From NCBI GenBank assembly GCA_023399055.1, contig JAEWQV010000034.1, positions 46,124 to 110,123 on the forward strand: 64,000 nt of DNA, read 5' to 3'. Every line of letters begins with the position of its first letter. Positions within the stretch are counted from its first letter, which is position 1. The notes beneath the pieces are model-generated. The model searched no databases. It was not told the origin of the DNA and saw only the letters and a program-made list of their open reading frames with translations. This document shows, piece by piece, positions 19,653 through 29,542 of this stretch. The stretch is from Bacillota bacterium (lineage in GTDB: Bacteria; Bacillota; Clostridia; Lachnospirales; Lachnospiraceae). Position numbers and translations under genes: made by a program.

Positions 19653-20363
19653 ATGGAAGAAGATAAAATTCTACAGCAAAAATCCTATCGCAAAGTGATA
19701 GATTATATAAAAACACAGATTAGAAGCGGAGAGTTAGAGATAGGCGAAAAGCTGCCAGCAGAAAGAGAATTATCTGTACAATTAGGTGTGAGCCGAAATT
19801 CTGTAAGAGAAGCAATACGTACGCTAGATGTCATGGGTGTAATTGTTAGTCATCAGGGTGCCGGTAATTATCTTGCTGGTAATTTTGAGCATAATCTTTC
19901 AGAAACTATGTCTATGATGTTCTATCTTAATCAAATTGACTATAATCAAGTTAGCCAATTACGTCGTGCACTTGAGATCGAGGCGTTAATGCTGGCAATT
20001 GATAATATCACAGAGTCCGATATCGAACGTCTGGAGAAAATACTTGGTCAGTTGGAGCATGAAACAGAAGATATCAATGTAATTCTTGACAAGCAGCTAC
20101 ACTATAATATTGCAAAAGCATCTAAAAATACTTTAATCATAAGTATTTTACAAGCACTATCGGATTTGATTGATAAATTTATCTACGATATGCGTAGTGA
20201 CATCTTGCGCAATCCAGACAGCAGAGCGATTCTGAATGAAGCACACAATGAAATGTTACTGAGTTTGGTTAAAAGAGATAAGGAGTTAGGGTATCAAGCA
20301 ATCACTAAGCATTTTGATATTGTGGATGTAAAATTAAGCGAAAAAGAAAGCCTTTTACAGTAA
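19653..20363 (+). CDS. GntR/FadR-family regulator (LctA/LldR-like)
   Basis: KLPAERELSVQLGVSRNSVREA HTH + FCD domain; next to the lactate operon. Confidence 0.9.
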   Translation: MEEDKILQQKSYRKVIDYIKTQIRSGELEIGEKLPAERELSVQLGVSRNSVREAIRTLDVMGVIVSHQGAGNYLAGNFEHNLSETMSMMFYLNQIDYNQVSQLRRALEIEALMLAIDNITESDIERLEKILGQLEHETEDINVILDKQLHYNIAKASKNTLIISILQALSDLIDKFIYDMRSDILRNPDSRAILNEAHNEMLLSLVKRDKELGYQAITKHFDIVDVKLSEKESLLQ

Positions 20364-20418
20364 AATTTTTCTAGATTGTTAAAAATGCACAACAAGTTTG
20401 TTAATAAAATGTCTTTTG

Positions 20419-20555
20419 TTGACACATTATACAAACGATAATATAATAGGTTTATAAGTGGTCCTACCAATTTAGAAACCTTGGTAGAAAGGCGGTATTG
20501 CAGATCTTACTTTGCAATACCAATTTTTTTACCTTGCTAATTGGTAGTACCAATT
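20419..20555 (+). promoter_or_regulatory. Consensus sigmaA promoter with two FadR-type operators
   Basis: TTGACA(20419)-N17-TATAAT(20442); AAGTGGTCCTACCAATT (20456-20472) and AATTGGTAGTACCAATT (20539-20555). Confidence 0.8.
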
Positions 20556-20621
20556 GGAAATAAAAAGATATTTTTATGGGGATTTACAAAACGGAAGGTT
20601 TAGAAGGGAGATTCAAAAACT

Positions 20622-22172
20622 ATGACACTATCATTTATACTAGCAATCTTACCAATCCTATGGCTGATTGTCGCACTAACTGCACTAAAGATTCCTGGCT
20701 TTAAGGCATGTGTAATTGGTTTGGTAATTGCTTTTGCTCTTGCAGTTTTTGCTTTTAAGATGCCTCTGGTTGAGAGCATAACAGCTATGGCAGAGGGAAC
20801 TGCAATGGCATTATGGCCAATTATTATAGTAATCATTGCTGCCATATTTACTTATAACATCTGTGTTGCAACTGGTAAGATGGAAGTTATTAAGAAGATG
20901 TTAGCTGGCGTTACAACGGACAAAAGAGTTTTAGTATTGATTATCGCCTGGGGCTTTGGAGGCTTCATGGAGGGTATGGCTGGCTTTGGAACAGCAGTTG
21001 CAATCCCAGCAAGTATGCTCTGGGGCTTAGGCTTTAATCCAATCTTTGCAGCAATTGTATGTTTGATTGCAAATTCAACACCAACAGCATTTGGGTCCAT
21101 TGGTATTCCAACAACAACCTTAGCGAAAATAACAGGCTTAAATGTATTTGATCTATCAATGAACACAGTAATTTTACTTTCAATATTAATACTAGTTACC
21201 CCATTCGTTCTTGTTTTCTTAACAGGTAATAAGAAAAAGAGTGCATTCAAAGGGATTGGACTAATTACTTTAATCTCTGGTTTATCCTTCTTAGTGCCAG
21301 AATTTTTAGTAGCAAAATATCTTGGCGCAGAGTTACCCGTAGTAATCGGTTCTGTTTGTTCCATGATATGTACCATTGGAGCAGCTAAGGTATTCGGTAA
21401 GAAAAAAGTTGATCCAGAGTTTGCTTTGGAAGAGAAATCAGATAGCAAGCAAACACAAAAAATTAGTACAGCAGATGCACTGAAAGCATGGAGTCCTTTT
21501 ATATTAATCTTTGTTTTCCTCTTAGGAACCTCAAAATTAATAGCTCCTTTCAATGAGTTATTATCAACAGTAAAAACAGTAGTTCCAATTTATAACGGAG
21601 AAAATGCTGCACCTTATACCTTCTCCTGGTTGGCAACACCTGGTGTATGGATTATCCTTTCAGGCTTTATCGGAGGTAAATTGCAAGGTGCAAAATTTGC
21701 AGAGATGTTCAAAATATTCTATAAGACAATCATTCAGCTTTCAAAGACAATCATTACAATTATAGCGATTATGGCGACAGCAAAACTGATGGGTTATAGT
21801 GGTATGATTTCTGCCATTGCCCTTATGTTTGTTACAGTAACAGGTAGTTTCTATCCACTATTTGCACCATTACTTGGAGCTATCGGAACCTTCGTAACAG
21901 GTAGTGGAACTTCAGCCAGCGTATTATTTGGTGGGCTGCAGTTAGAAACATCAGTGGCATTAAATCTAAATCAGGCATGGATATCAGCTTCCAATACTGC
22001 CGGAGCAGTTATGGCTAAAATGATTTCCCCACAAAGCATTGCAATTGCAGTTGCAGCTGTAAGTTTACAAGGTAAGGAAAGTGTTTTATTAAAGGGTACA
22101 ATTAAGGTATTTGTGTTCTTCCTGTTAGTTGTAGGTATTGTAACATTTATAGGAGCACGTATCTTAGGTTAA
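20622..22172 (+). CDS. lctP: Lactate permease
   Basis: FMEGMAGFG, PTAFGSIG, GTFVTGS, KMISPQSI. Confidence 0.93.
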   Translation: MTLSFILAILPILWLIVALTALKIPGFKACVIGLVIAFALAVFAFKMPLVESITAMAEGTAMALWPIIIVIIAAIFTYNICVATGKMEVIKKMLAGVTTDKRVLVLIIAWGFGGFMEGMAGFGTAVAIPASMLWGLGFNPIFAAIVCLIANSTPTAFGSIGIPTTTLAKITGLNVFDLSMNTVILLSILILVTPFVLVFLTGNKKKSAFKGIGLITLISGLSFLVPEFLVAKYLGAELPVVIGSVCSMICTIGAAKVFGKKKVDPEFALEEKSDSKQTQKISTADALKAWSPFILIFVFLLGTSKLIAPFNELLSTVKTVVPIYNGENAAPYTFSWLATPGVWIILSGFIGGKLQGAKFAEMFKIFYKTIIQLSKTIITIIAIMATAKLMGYSGMISAIALMFVTVTGSFYPLFAPLLGAIGTFVTGSGTSASVLFGGLQLETSVALNLNQAWISASNTAGAVMAKMISPQSIAIAVAAVSLQGKESVLLKGTIKVFVFFLLVVGIVTFIGARILG

Positions 22173-22232
22173 TACATGGAGTAAAGAACCCATTGTGGCT
22201 TCTTTTAACAGACTTTATCATGGAGGTTAAGT

Positions 22233-23021
22233 ATGGAAATTTTAGTATGTATCAAACAGGTTCCGGACAGCAATAAAGTTGAGGTGGATCCGGTTACTGG
22301 AGTGTTAAAAAGAAATGGTGTGGAATCAAAGTTAAATCCCTATGATTTGTATGCACTGGAAACAGCACTAAGAATTAAAGAAGAAAAAGGTGGAACAATT
22401 ACTGTTCTTACTATGGGACCAGGGCAAGCAGCTAGCATTATCCGTGAAGCATACGCAATGGGTGCAGATAAAGGAATTTTAATTTCTGATCGTAAATTTG
22501 GCGGAGCAGATGTACTTGCAACGAGTTACACCATATCACAGGCAATTTTAATGGCGGGTAATTATGATTTAATTCTTTGCGGTAAACAGACCACAGATGG
22601 TGATACTGCACAGGTAGGTCCAGAGGTTGCCGAATGGATGAGCATACCTTCCGTTTCCAATGTATCTAAAATTATTGAGATTGGTGATGAGAATATAACA
22701 ATAGAAATGGATATGACCCATGATATCGAAATCACTAAAGTACAGTACCCATGCCTACTGGCAGTTGATAAAGACATTTTTATGCCAAGACTTCCTTCCT
22801 ATGTGAAGAAACAGGAGACGAAGGATCGTGAGATAAGAATTATTACCTTGGCAGATCTGGAAGATAAGGATGAAAGAAACTACGGTCTTAATGGGTCTCC
22901 AACACAGGTACAGCGCATTTTCCCTCCACAGGTGAATGACCATAGAGAAATGTGGACCGGAACAGGAGCGGAATTGACGGAACAATTATTTCATAAGCTT
23001 CAGAACATGAAATTTGCATAG
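22233..23021 (+). CDS. etfB: Electron transfer flavoprotein beta subunit (LctB-like)
   Basis: VCIKQVP, GADVLATS, GKQTTDGDTAQVGP, GSPT. Confidence 0.95.
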   Translation: MEILVCIKQVPDSNKVEVDPVTGVLKRNGVESKLNPYDLYALETALRIKEEKGGTITVLTMGPGQAASIIREAYAMGADKGILISDRKFGGADVLATSYTISQAILMAGNYDLILCGKQTTDGDTAQVGPEVAEWMSIPSVSNVSKIIEIGDENITIEMDMTHDIEITKVQYPCLLAVDKDIFMPRLPSYVKKQETKDREIRIITLADLEDKDERNYGLNGSPTQVQRIFPPQVNDHREMWTGTGAELTEQLFHKLQNMKFA

Positions 23022-23035
23022 GGAGGATAAGAAAA

Positions 23036-24226
23036 ATGGCAAAGTTAGTAATCAATCAGTCACTCGTTGGTAATATCGATGAATTAATCAGCATCTGTCC
23101 TTTCAATGCGATGGAGAATAAGAACGGTGAACTTGCAATCAATGCAGCCTGCAAGATGTGTAAAATCTGCGTTAAGAAAGGACCAAAAGGCGCAGTTGAG
23201 TACGTAGAAGATGAAGTAGTTGCAATAGATAAAAGTGAGTGGAAGGGTATTGCGGTATATGTTGATCATATCGATGGAGTAATCCATCCGGTAACCTATG
23301 AGTTAATTGGTAAAGCAAAAGAACTTGCAGCAAAAGTAGGTCACCCAGTATATGCTGTAATGATTGGCAGTAACATACAGGAACAATCCAGAGAGCTGCT
23401 CCACTACAATGTTGATAAAGTATTTGTTTATGATCAACCACAATTAGACCGTTTTAAAATTGAACCCTATACTACAGCATTTGAAGATTTTGTAAATAAG
23501 ATGAAACCAACTGCTATCTTAATGGGAGCAACACCTGTTGGACGCCAGCTGGCTCCACGTATTTCTGCAAGATTAAAGACTGGACTTACCGCAGATTGTA
23601 CCATTCTGGATATTAACGAAAATACAGATTTAATTCAGATTCGTCCTGCCTTCGGCGGTAATATTATGGCACAGATATTAACTCCAAATCATAGACCACA
23701 GATGGCTACCGTTCGTTATAAGGTAATGGACGCTCCATTACGCAACAGCGAAGAGTCAGGTGAAATTATTGTGAATGAGGTTGAGGCAGCAAGACTTACC
23801 AGCAAGATTGAAGTACTTGACATTATTGCAAAGGAAAAAGAACAATTCATTGAAGCAGCGGAAGTACTTGTTGTTGCGGGAAGAGGAATTAGAAAAGAAG
23901 AAGACCTTGCGATGGTAATGGAGCTGACAGAGCTTCTGGGTGGACAGATTGCATGTACAAGACCAGTTATGGAAGCAGGATGGCTTGAGGCAAAAAGACA
24001 GGTTGGCCTTAGTGGCAGAACTGTTCGTCCAAAATTAATTATTACGGTAGGTGTATCCGGATCTGTGCAGTTTGCTGCGGGAATGAATAATGCCGAGCAA
24101 ATCATTGCCATTAACAAGGATGAAAATGCACCAATCTTCAAGGTTGCTCATTATGGTCTGGTAGGCGACTTATATGAAATTCTTCCGGAACTTATTAACA
24201 AGGTAAAACAGAGCAAAGGTGCATAG
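23036..24226 (+). CDS. etfA: Electron transfer flavoprotein alpha subunit with N-terminal Fe-S domain (LctC-like)
   Basis: CPF...CKMCKIC; GLTADC, RPAFGGN, QVGLSG, GVSGSVQF. Confidence 0.95.
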   Translation: MAKLVINQSLVGNIDELISICPFNAMENKNGELAINAACKMCKICVKKGPKGAVEYVEDEVVAIDKSEWKGIAVYVDHIDGVIHPVTYELIGKAKELAAKVGHPVYAVMIGSNIQEQSRELLHYNVDKVFVYDQPQLDRFKIEPYTTAFEDFVNKMKPTAILMGATPVGRQLAPRISARLKTGLTADCTILDINENTDLIQIRPAFGGNIMAQILTPNHRPQMATVRYKVMDAPLRNSEESGEIIVNEVEAARLTSKIEVLDIIAKEKEQFIEAAEVLVVAGRGIRKEEDLAMVMELTELLGGQIACTRPVMEAGWLEAKRQVGLSGRTVRPKLIITVGVSGSVQFAAGMNNAEQIIAINKDENAPIFKVAHYGLVGDLYEILPELINKVKQSKGA

Positions 24227-24238
24227 GAGGTTAATTCG

Positions 24239-25642
24239 ATGGATTATAAAAAATTAGATCAGAACGATTTAGATTTTATTAAAGGGGTCGTAGGTGAATC
24301 AGAACGTATCTTATATGGTGAGGACATCAATGAAGAATACAGCCATGACGAATTAAGTGATACCGAAAGCTATCCTGATGTAGTTGTAAAAGTTATCTCT
24401 ACAGAAGAAGTATCACAGATTATGAAATATGCTTATGAGCATAATATCCCGGTTACTCCTCGTGGCTCCGGCACAGGCTTGGTAGGTTCTTCCGTAGCTA
24501 TGGAGCATGGAATTATGCTGGATACTACACTCATGAATCATGTGCTTGAGTTGGATGAAAACAACCTTACAATTACAGTAGAACCAGGGGTATTGTTAAT
24601 GGAGTTGTCTGCTTATGTTCAGGAGAGAGACTTATTCTATCCTCCAGATCCAGGCGAGAAATCAGCAACCATCGGAGGTAACATCAGCACAAATGCAGGT
24701 GGTATGAGAGCTGTTAAGTATGGTGTAACCAGAGATTATGTTCGTGGACTTGAAGTAGTATTACCAAACGGAACTGTTGTTGAATTTGGTGGAAAAGTAG
24801 TAAAGAACAGTACCGGTTATGCGATGAAGGACTTAATGGTTGGTTCAGAAGGAACCCTTGGTGTAATTACAAAGGCAATCTTAAAGTTATTACCATTACC
24901 TAAGAAAGCCATAAGCTTGCTTGTACCGTTCCCAAGCCTTGAGAAAGCAATCCGTACTGTACCAATGATTATCAAATCAAAGTCAGCACCAACAGCGATT
25001 GAGTTCATGCAAAGAGAAGTTATCATGGATGCTGAAAAATATTTAGGTAAGAAGTTCCCAGATAATAGTGCAGATGCCTATCTTTTATTAAAGTTTGATG
25101 GTAATTCCACCGAAGAAGTGGAAAGAGCTTACGAAAGTGCAGCACAAATTTGCTTGGAACAAGGTGCACTTGATATCTTAATTTCAGATACCAGTGAAAG
25201 AGAAGATTCTATCTGGAAAGCTAGAGGAGCATTCTTAGAAGCAATTAAAGGCTCCACAACTTACATGGATGAGGTTGACGTAGTTGTACCAAGAAGCTGC
25301 GTAAATGAAATGGTGGAATACATTCATGGATTATATAAAGAAGTAAACATTCGTATCAAGAGCTTTGGTCATGCCGGAGATGGTAATCTTCATGCTTATG
25401 TATTAAAAGATGACCTAAGTGAAGAAGAGTGGGAAGAAAGAATGACTGCTGCCATGGATAAAATCTATGGAAAGGCAAGAGAGTTAAAAGGGCAGGTATC
25501 CGGTGAGCATGGTATAGGTTTTGCAAAGAAATCTTATCTCTTTGAATCTATGGACCCTGCCACTGTGGAAATCATGAGAGGAATTAAATTAGCATTTGAT
25601 CCTAAGAATATCTTAAATCCTCGTAAGGTATTTCAGTTATAA
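24239..25642 (+). CDS. lctD: FAD-linked oxidase, Etf-dependent lactate dehydrogenase subunit (LctD/GlcD-like)
   Basis: [40 protein letters not shown]; operon context. Confidence 0.85.
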   Translation: MDYKKLDQNDLDFIKGVVGESERILYGEDINEEYSHDELSDTESYPDVVVKVISTEEVSQIMKYAYEHNIPVTPRGSGTGLVGSSVAMEHGIMLDTTLMNHVLELDENNLTITVEPGVLLMELSAYVQERDLFYPPDPGEKSATIGGNISTNAGGMRAVKYGVTRDYVRGLEVVLPNGTVVEFGGKVVKNSTGYAMKDLMVGSEGTLGVITKAILKLLPLPKKAISLLVPFPSLEKAIRTVPMIIKSKSAPTAIEFMQREVIMDAEKYLGKKFPDNSADAYLLLKFDGNSTEEVERAYESAAQICLEQGALDILISDTSEREDSIWKARGAFLEAIKGSTTYMDEVDVVVPRSCVNEMVEYIHGLYKEVNIRIKSFGHAGDGNLHAYVLKDDLSEEEWEERMTAAMDKIYGKARELKGQVSGEHGIGFAKKSYLFESMDPATVEIMRGIKLAFDPKNILNPRKVFQL

Positions 25643-25677
25643 AAAGGTTCTGTTCGTAGGTTTATAAGATATATATT

Positions 25678-25740
25678 AGCTGAAGGTTACATAAGAAGGG
25701 GAGTATTGCTTCTACTACTTATTAGCCTTCAGCTTTTTTT
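25678..25740 (+). terminator. Intrinsic terminator
   Basis: AGCTGAAGGTTA/TAGCCTTCAGCT stem + T-tract. Confidence 0.75.
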
Positions 25741-25794
25741 GAATTATTTACGAAATTATAGAAATAAGTTTAATTTCAGTAATTATTCCAAGTA

Positions 25795-25821
25795 ATACTG
25801 TCGTTTTTCCCTGCATACAAT
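25795..25821 (+). promoter_or_regulatory. sigmaE-type promoter of spoIIID
   Basis: ATA-N16-CATACAAT; spoIIID is sigmaE-transcribed in Bacillus and Clostridium. Confidence 0.75.
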
Positions 25822-25879
25822 GTAACAACAACGATAATAAGGGGGAATGCGTTCCAGTTAGACGGGGAACGCAGACACT

Positions 25880-26140
25880 ATGAAAGGCTATATAGAGGAA
25901 CGGGCGGTTGAAATCGCTAACTTTATCATCGACAATAACGCCACTGTAAGGCAGACTGCAAAGCAGTTCGGAATTTCGAAATCGACCGTACATAAAGACG
26001 TTACGGAGCGTCTCACACAAATTAACCCCTCCCTCGCAGAAAGAGCAAGGGTAGTCTTGGACCTTAATAAGTCAGAGCGCCATATCAGGGGCGGATTGGC
26101 CACAAAGGAGAAATATCTTCATAAGGTAAGATATAACTAG
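25880..26140 (+). CDS. spoIIID: Stage III sporulation protein D
   Basis: ATVRQTAKQFGISKSTVHKDV, RHIRGG. Confidence 0.97.
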   Translation: MKGYIEERAVEIANFIIDNNATVRQTAKQFGISKSTVHKDVTERLTQINPSLAERARVVLDLNKSERHIRGGLATKEKYLHKVRYN

Positions 26141-26194
26141 GAATACCGTATCGCGGGTGCAATCGCAATGCTCTGGTTTGAATTCGGGAGAGCT

Positions 26195-26242
26195 AAAAAA
26201 GAGATTATCCTTACTGGTCAAGTAAAGGATAATCTCTTTTTT
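26195..26242. terminator. Intrinsic terminator (bidirectional-type)
   Basis: AAAAAAGAGATTATCCTT/AAGGATAATCTCTTTTTT. Confidence 0.85.
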
Positions 26243-26258
26243 ATTCAGGATAAGTACC

Positions 26259-26630
26259 TTTGATCCTTATAGACCTGTCATTGTGAATGATGGTTGGGAG
26301 CATACCATCTCCGATATTATAACTCTGCATGATTATGCGGAAAAAGGAGAAGAAAAAAGAAGTCGATATGAATCTAGTGATAACGTCCTCAATAATATAA
26401 TCCCTTTTAATATAATTCGTTATGCAATGGCAAATGGATATGAGTATAAAGGGCAGCCGGTTATTCTAAGTGAATATGGTGGTATTGCGTTCACATCCAA
26501 GGAAGGCTGGGGTTATGGTAAGCAAGTGAAATCAGAATCGGACTTCTTAGAGCGCTATACGCAGATAACACAGGAAGTAAATGGTTTATTGAGAACCCAA
26601 AGTGGATATAGAAGCAGTAAGAAAAATTAA
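26259..26630 (+). pseudogene. C-terminal remnant of a GH2 glycoside hydrolase
   Basis: FDPYRPVIVNDGWEH...LHDY...PVILSEYGG...WGYG...YTQITQEVNGLL; no N-terminus or RBS; begins just after a terminator. Confidence 0.75.
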
Positions 26631-26761
26631 TATAAAATAAAAAGAGATAAATAAAATTCGTTAACATAAATATTAATTATAATAAAATTTTCTTGAAGTA
26701 TCTCATTAATTAATTTACAATATTTAATTATAAATGGTTTAATCTACTAAGGAGAGTTGTT

Positions 26762-28039
26762 ATGCTGCAGGTATATAACAATTTGATTGAAGGATTATCC
26801 GATTCAAAGAAGATGAAGTATCCTATCAGCAGAAAAGATGATGTTAGAAGGGTTTATAAGGATATTATAAACCTAAGTAAAAACTCGCCCTTTTTTAAGA
26901 TAAGTCTTACGAAAGAAAATCAGGAATTTACAATTGGAGTAAAGGAAGCCGCATTAATAATGAAATCAAGGATTGAAGAAATGAAAGATCCAGAGTTTAG
27001 CGGTTTTGAACGAAAAGAAGTAATAGTAAGTAAAAAGGGAGTTCTTGATGCAATCCTAATGGATCAAGATACAAGTAAGCTCCCATCAAATATTGATTTA
27101 GAAGTACATTCTTTGGCGCAGGCACAAGTTAATAAGGGAAAAGAACATATACCTACCACTCGAGGCTTAGCAGTCGGGGAATATGATTTTACGGTACAGG
27201 TGGGTGAGGATACCTATGAGCTTAAGTTCCTACAAGAAAATAAAACAGAAAATCAGGATACCCTAAAGAGAATGGCACAGTTAATTAATCAGTCTGTATG
27301 GGGATTAACTGCAAGTGTGGAGAAGGGCTCCTCAAATGATTCTATTAGACTTGAGATCACAGCGGATAGAACAGGAAGATATGGGGCAAGGGATTTTTCC
27401 TTCGCAGAATCGGATAGTTATTACAGCGGAGCAATTTATTTCTTCGGCCTTAATCGTGTAGAACAAGAGGCGGCTTATGCGAATTTTTCATTAAATGGGG
27501 TAGAAAAGCAGTCGGCATCGAATGAATTCACGTTGGAAAACACGATACAGATTAATTTACATAGGACTATTGAGGAACCGGTAGCACTGCGAATTGTATC
27601 GGATAGTAAGAAGATATTATCCTCTGTGGAGGAGATATTGGATACGCATAATAACCTAATAAAACTTGCGTCTGACAGAACGATGAATTCGGAAGAGCAT
27701 TTTAAAGCGTTAAGGCTTATCAGCGAGATGAAGGGACTTAGGGAACTTCATCAGGTGGAACTGGAAAACTGTGGAATAATCGCTAACGAAGATGGGACAC
27801 TTGAAGTTGATAAAAGTATAGCAGTTTCTGTAGCAGAAGATGGAAGGATGGAACAGCTATTTGAGCAAAAAAACGGATTTATTGCAGGTCTGCTTAAAAA
27901 AGCAGAGATGGTTGCAATAAATCCTATGGAGTATCTAGATAAAACAATTGTCACCTACCCAAACAACGAGGGGATTTCACTACGAAATCCATATATAACC
28001 TCCGTGTACAGTGGGTTATTCTTTAATTCATATTGTTAA
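26762..28039 (+). CDS. Flagellar filament cap (FliD)-like protein
   Basis: EVHSLAQAQVN, ANFSLNGVEKQSASNEF, GIIANEDGTLEVD segments resemble FliD. Confidence 0.65.
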   Translation: MLQVYNNLIEGLSDSKKMKYPISRKDDVRRVYKDIINLSKNSPFFKISLTKENQEFTIGVKEAALIMKSRIEEMKDPEFSGFERKEVIVSKKGVLDAILMDQDTSKLPSNIDLEVHSLAQAQVNKGKEHIPTTRGLAVGEYDFTVQVGEDTYELKFLQENKTENQDTLKRMAQLINQSVWGLTASVEKGSSNDSIRLEITADRTGRYGARDFSFAESDSYYSGAIYFFGLNRVEQEAAYANFSLNGVEKQSASNEFTLENTIQINLHRTIEEPVALRIVSDSKKILSSVEEILDTHNNLIKLASDRTMNSEEHFKALRLISEMKGLRELHQVELENCGIIANEDGTLEVDKSIAVSVAEDGRMEQLFEQKNGFIAGLLKKAEMVAINPMEYLDKTIVTYPNNEGISLRNPYITSVYSGLFFNSYC

Positions 28040-29285
28040 TAAATGAGTTGGCCTTTACATATTCACTGGGTGTAATGCCAATTCTTTTTTTGAAAATACG
28101 ACTAAAATAATTAGGGTCTTTATAGCCTACCATAAAACAAACTTCACTTACAGTTAAGTTTGGATTTAATAATAGCTCTTTTGCTTTTCTTACTCGGAGC
28201 ATAGATAACCAGTCAATATAATTAAAGCCAGTACTCTTTTTTAACAATTTACTAAAATACTGTGGACTAATATTAACATGTTCTGCCATGGCTTCCAGGG
28301 TGATATCGTCTGTGTAATGTTCTTCCAAATATTCTTTTGCTGCTTTTACAATATCATTTGTATAATCAATTGCTTTCTGTGGCTTTGCATAGCTGGTTAT
28401 ATAATAGAACTGTTGATAGGCGTAATCCACCAGTTTCTCCGGACTGCACAACATCATGTCTGTTAAAATTCTGATATATTCAAGAGAAATAATGTCGTTT
28501 TGATTATCAAGTCCCAAAGCGTGATGTGTAAGAACAAGAAGTTCAATAATCTTACTTCGTTTTGCTTCCACAGATAGAGTGTTAAGCTCGGACATTAGTA
28601 ATCCAAAATAAGAATAAGCATCCGGTTTGTGAAGCCTTACAGCCTCAATCAGATGATTTTCGGCAATATGATAGTCAAAGTCTGCTGTAGTCCGCTCTTT
28701 CTTCCAATCAAGATAATAAGAATAACAGGAATTATCATTGTGATAAATTGAAGTTAATGCATCCAAGTAAGAAGAAAAGATGGAAAATAGACTATGGATG
28801 CCACCTACGCTAATTGTCGCAGTTACCTGATATTTTTCATTCATTAACTGGGACAAGTCCTGATATATCTGATGACTTTCTTTTCTGTGAACTTCTTCGG
28901 TGATTGGAATGTCATCACTAATTAACAATATAATACGCTTGGTCAACAAAGGACCTACCACGCAGCTCTTATAAGAGAGAGCCTGTTTAATCAGCTGATG
29001 TAGTTCGAATTCATTTATTGCATTACTTTCTGGAGTGTTGCTAAATGGGTCGGAAATCTCCAGAAGTACAACATAAACATACGCCTTGATATTTAACTTT
29101 TGCTGAAAAGCCATTATTTCATTAGCCTGACAACCTCGAAAGAACAGGGAAAACATGATGCTTCGCTCAAGAATTGTTAGGAATTCGTCTTTTGTAAGGT
29201 TTTGGTTCGGGGTTAAAAGATCATTCTGGAGATCATTCCAAAAATCTCTTTGGTTCATAAAACTTGAATTATCTACAATACGCAT
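28023..29285 (-). CDS. AraC-family transcriptional regulator
   Basis: C-terminal double HTH (ITLEAMAEHVNISPQYFS...VGYKDPNYFSRIFKK..GITPSEY); overlaps the 3' end of the fliD-like gene. Confidence 0.92.
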   Translation of the reverse strand: MRIVDNSSFMNQRDFWNDLQNDLLTPNQNLTKDEFLTILERSIMFSLFFRGCQANEIMAFQQKLNIKAYVYVVLLEISDPFSNTPESNAINEFELHQLIKQALSYKSCVVGPLLTKRIILLISDDIPITEEVHRKESHQIYQDLSQLMNEKYQVTATISVGGIHSLFSIFSSYLDALTSIYHNDNSCYSYYLDWKKERTTADFDYHIAENHLIEAVRLHKPDAYSYFGLLMSELNTLSVEAKRSKIIELLVLTHHALGLDNQNDIISLEYIRILTDMMLCSPEKLVDYAYQQFYYITSYAKPQKAIDYTNDIVKAAKEYLEEHYTDDITLEAMAEHVNISPQYFSKLLKKSTGFNYIDWLSMLRVRKAKELLLNPNLTVSEVCFMVGYKDPNYFSRIFKKRIGITPSEYVKANSFINNMN

Positions 29286-29542
29286 AGAGACACCTCCTTA
29301 ATGAGGGTAGGTATTTGTGGTGTAAAGGTATATAAATAATACATGTTGATTTAATCATAGTATAGCATAATATACCAATAATTGCACTGACAAAATTATA
29401 CAATCACAAAGACGTAATATGTCGTAACATAAACTTAATTTTTATAAAGGATTCTTAATTTTTTTGCCATAAGATTGCCAATTGTAAAGGCTACGATAGC
29501 TATAATAGGACAGATAGATGGACAGAATGGAGGTTTCTAATA

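Noticed and set aside
20852..21553. Long antisense ORFs (also 31045-31539, 37138-37752 and similar)
   Set aside because: Shadow frames opposite well-supported genes; no RBS or domain evidence
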